Positions 62,341 to 64,000 of a DNA stretch of 64,000 nt are shown here, piece by piece (position 1 is the first letter of the stretch; each line of letters starts with the position of its first letter). The notes beneath the pieces were generated by a model. The model made no database searches. It was not told where the DNA came from and saw only the letters and a program-made list of their open reading frames with translations. The position numbers and the translations under genes are program-made. The stretch covers positions 248,001 to 312,000 of the forward strand of contig JBEWZL010000030.1 of assembly GCA_045837725.1 (NCBI GenBank), in the 5' to 3' direction. This DNA comes from Vermamoeba vermiformis. Lineage: Eukaryota.

Positions 62341-63165
62341 TTGGCAGAAGCACACTTGGCCCCTCGTGTCATGATTTCGCTGTTGCTCAAGATTGACGGC
62401 AAGCCCGTGTTCGAGAAGTACGCTTACCAAGACACCTTTGCCTTCTTCACCGCTGACAGTGACATGTACTACACTGAACAAACACTCGAGTGGGACATTC
62501 TTGGAGCACCTAACAAGCCTGCCAACTTGTACACCATCTGGGGCTTGATGCCAAGAATGCTGTACGGTCAACTCCTCCGTGCTGGTGCTGGCACTCACAA
62601 GGTCGAGATGTCACTGCACTACAACATTCACGACAACTTTGTCGCTCATCAGAACCGTCGAGACGGTCCCACCAACATTGAAACTTTGACGTCACATCCC
62701 TTGGCTGAAGGATCGTTTGAAGTCCTTGTTCCTGAAGGCGCTAAGATCCCTGACACGTTTGGCAAGTCACAAGTTGAAGACGTGCCATTGAAGGACATCA
62801 AGTTGTACTACCGCACTCGTGCCCCAATTGGTCCTGAACACGTGCTCTGGTGCCAAGAAGTCGAAGGCTGGCGCATCCACATTGACGCCAAAGAGGTCAT
62901 TGAATACGATGAGCACACTAAACAACTCATCAAGATCAAGATCCCTGCCAAGTACGGCAAGACCTATGCTGTCATTACGTACAAGAGCCCCGAAGAAAAA
63001 TGGAGACAAGAAGCAGCGACCTACTCGACAATTGTTGTGGTCTCTGGTCCCTTATCAAATTGGTCACAAGACGTTGAAACCATTCTCGAGATTCGTCAAG
63101 GCGCAACATTTGAAGTTGATTTCTTGCCTGACAACTTGATCGCAGCTATTCCTCAACGAAGCTAA
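62341..63165 (+). CDS. Hypothetical protein; 5' part lost in low-quality sequence
   Basis: 274-aa open frame with coding-like composition; no clear ATG start. Confidence 0.65.
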   Translation: MAEAHLAPRVMISLLLKIDGKPVFEKYAYQDTFAFFTADSDMYYTEQTLEWDILGAPNKPANLYTIWGLMPRMLYGQLLRAGAGTHKVEMSLHYNIHDNFVAHQNRRDGPTNIETLTSHPLAEGSFEVLVPEGAKIPDTFGKSQVEDVPLKDIKLYYRTRAPIGPEHVLWCQEVEGWRIHIDAKEVIEYDEHTKQLIKIKIPAKYGKTYAVITYKSPEEKWRQEAATYSTIVVVSGPLSNWSQDVETILEIRQGATFEVDFLPDNLIAAIPQRS

Positions 63166-63233
63166 GCCAAGTTCCGCAATGTTTAAATGTTGCTAGAGAC
63201 TTATATCAATAAAGAGACGTATATTACAATCGT

Positions 63234-64000
63234 TTACTTGGATTGTTTCTTACTAATTTTGACGCGTACAATTTGCGGTACATAAACGTCCAACATTGTT
63301 TTGAGGTCGTTGACATCGTAAGTGTTCGACATGTACGTCAATACTAATTCATTGGAGGCACGCTCGAACTCGGCATGACGCTTTAGCGCATAGCAGAACA
63401 CTTTTTTGGTATTGTTGTATGGTGCAGGTACATCGTAGATTGGGTACCATTCGCTCCATGGCCCGGTCAACTGGTCTGCTACAGCGATCAAAACTTTCGT
63501 GCCACCGAACTCCACTGCAGATTGCAATGATTTAGCGAGATGAAGGTGTCAGATAGACTTACTATTTATGGTAATCCAGGCATTCAGGTACGAGTGGTAT
63601 GTTACAGACAGCTCTGAAATGCTCGGTGTGAGTAATGTCACTAACGAGCCCTGCTTGGCTGTTGCATTGAACGAGATCCAATCAATGTGATTGTTACTGT
63701 CACGTGCCCAAAACTGCTGATTGGTCCACTTGTTTTGCAAAAAGTCGTCAATAGTGAGTCGTGACAGGACAGTTCCCTGACTCGTTGAACTGCCGTACAA
63801 ATAAACATGTTTCTGATCCATCACAATGCCCGAGGCCCAATTCAATTGTCCATTTGAATAGGACATGTCGGATACTGTCCAAGACCATTGCTGCAAATAT
63901 CATTAGTTAACGAGGTACTGGATGTTAGTGGTACCTACATCCGGGTCGTCATTTGGATTCGTTACTCGGATCACGGTTGTGCCTTGGAATGCAAAACCAA
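63234..64000 (-). CDS. DUF4185/DUF5005-like beta-propeller (putative glycoside hydrolase); 3' part only, runs off the window
   Basis: VYLYG, SELSVTY, A...TGPWS, CYALKRH, LVLTYMSN and YVPQIV motifs; interrupted by GT-AG introns. Confidence 0.6.

Noticed and set aside
61892-62598. Proline/phenylalanine-rich ORFs over the purine-rich segment
   Set aside because: Products of biased, probably erroneous sequence
1-64000. CRISPR arrays, tRNA/rRNA genes, transposases, U12-type introns
   Set aside because: None recognised on manual reading; not excluded without tRNAscan or Infernal

Overview
Gene-dense eukaryotic nuclear DNA in the standard genetic code, with about 36 genes, many short (roughly 40-100 nt) spliceosomal introns and very short, often bidirectional, intergenic regions. 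A CudA-like transcription factor, a nucleus-encoded mitochondrial FtsZ and the gene style suggest a free-living amoeboid protist, probably Amoebozoa (inference). Recognisable housekeeping genes: SDHAF4, NDUFAF3, NHP2, CDIN1, PRP31, a Nup1/Nup153-like nucleoporin, Rac, ATG8, FtsZ, ICT1, QCR7, a 25-aa eL41 that the ORF track misses, Yip1, NAA30, dynactin p150, cyclin C and Mad2. The most striking item appears only after manual splicing: one gene (44912-48440, minus strand) that joins two MIU-like ubiquitin-binding helices, a UBE2Z-like E2 and a C-terminal RING/B-box/coiled-coil (TRIM-type E3) module, which would be a self-contained E2-E3 fusion. It converges on a TKL kinase fused to a permuted-papain (PPPDE/LRAT-like) peptidase domain. 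Other oddities: a CaMK-villin headpiece fusion, an ICT1 with GGS instead of GGQ, a divergent mitochondrial beta-barrel, a QCR7 with a presequence, two GC-AG introns, bacterial-type genes (DUF4185-like, IPT/Kelch) and several probable assembly errors. Gene models were spliced by eye and family calls come from motif recognition; no database search was run. No rRNA, tRNA, CRISPR array or transposon was recognised.
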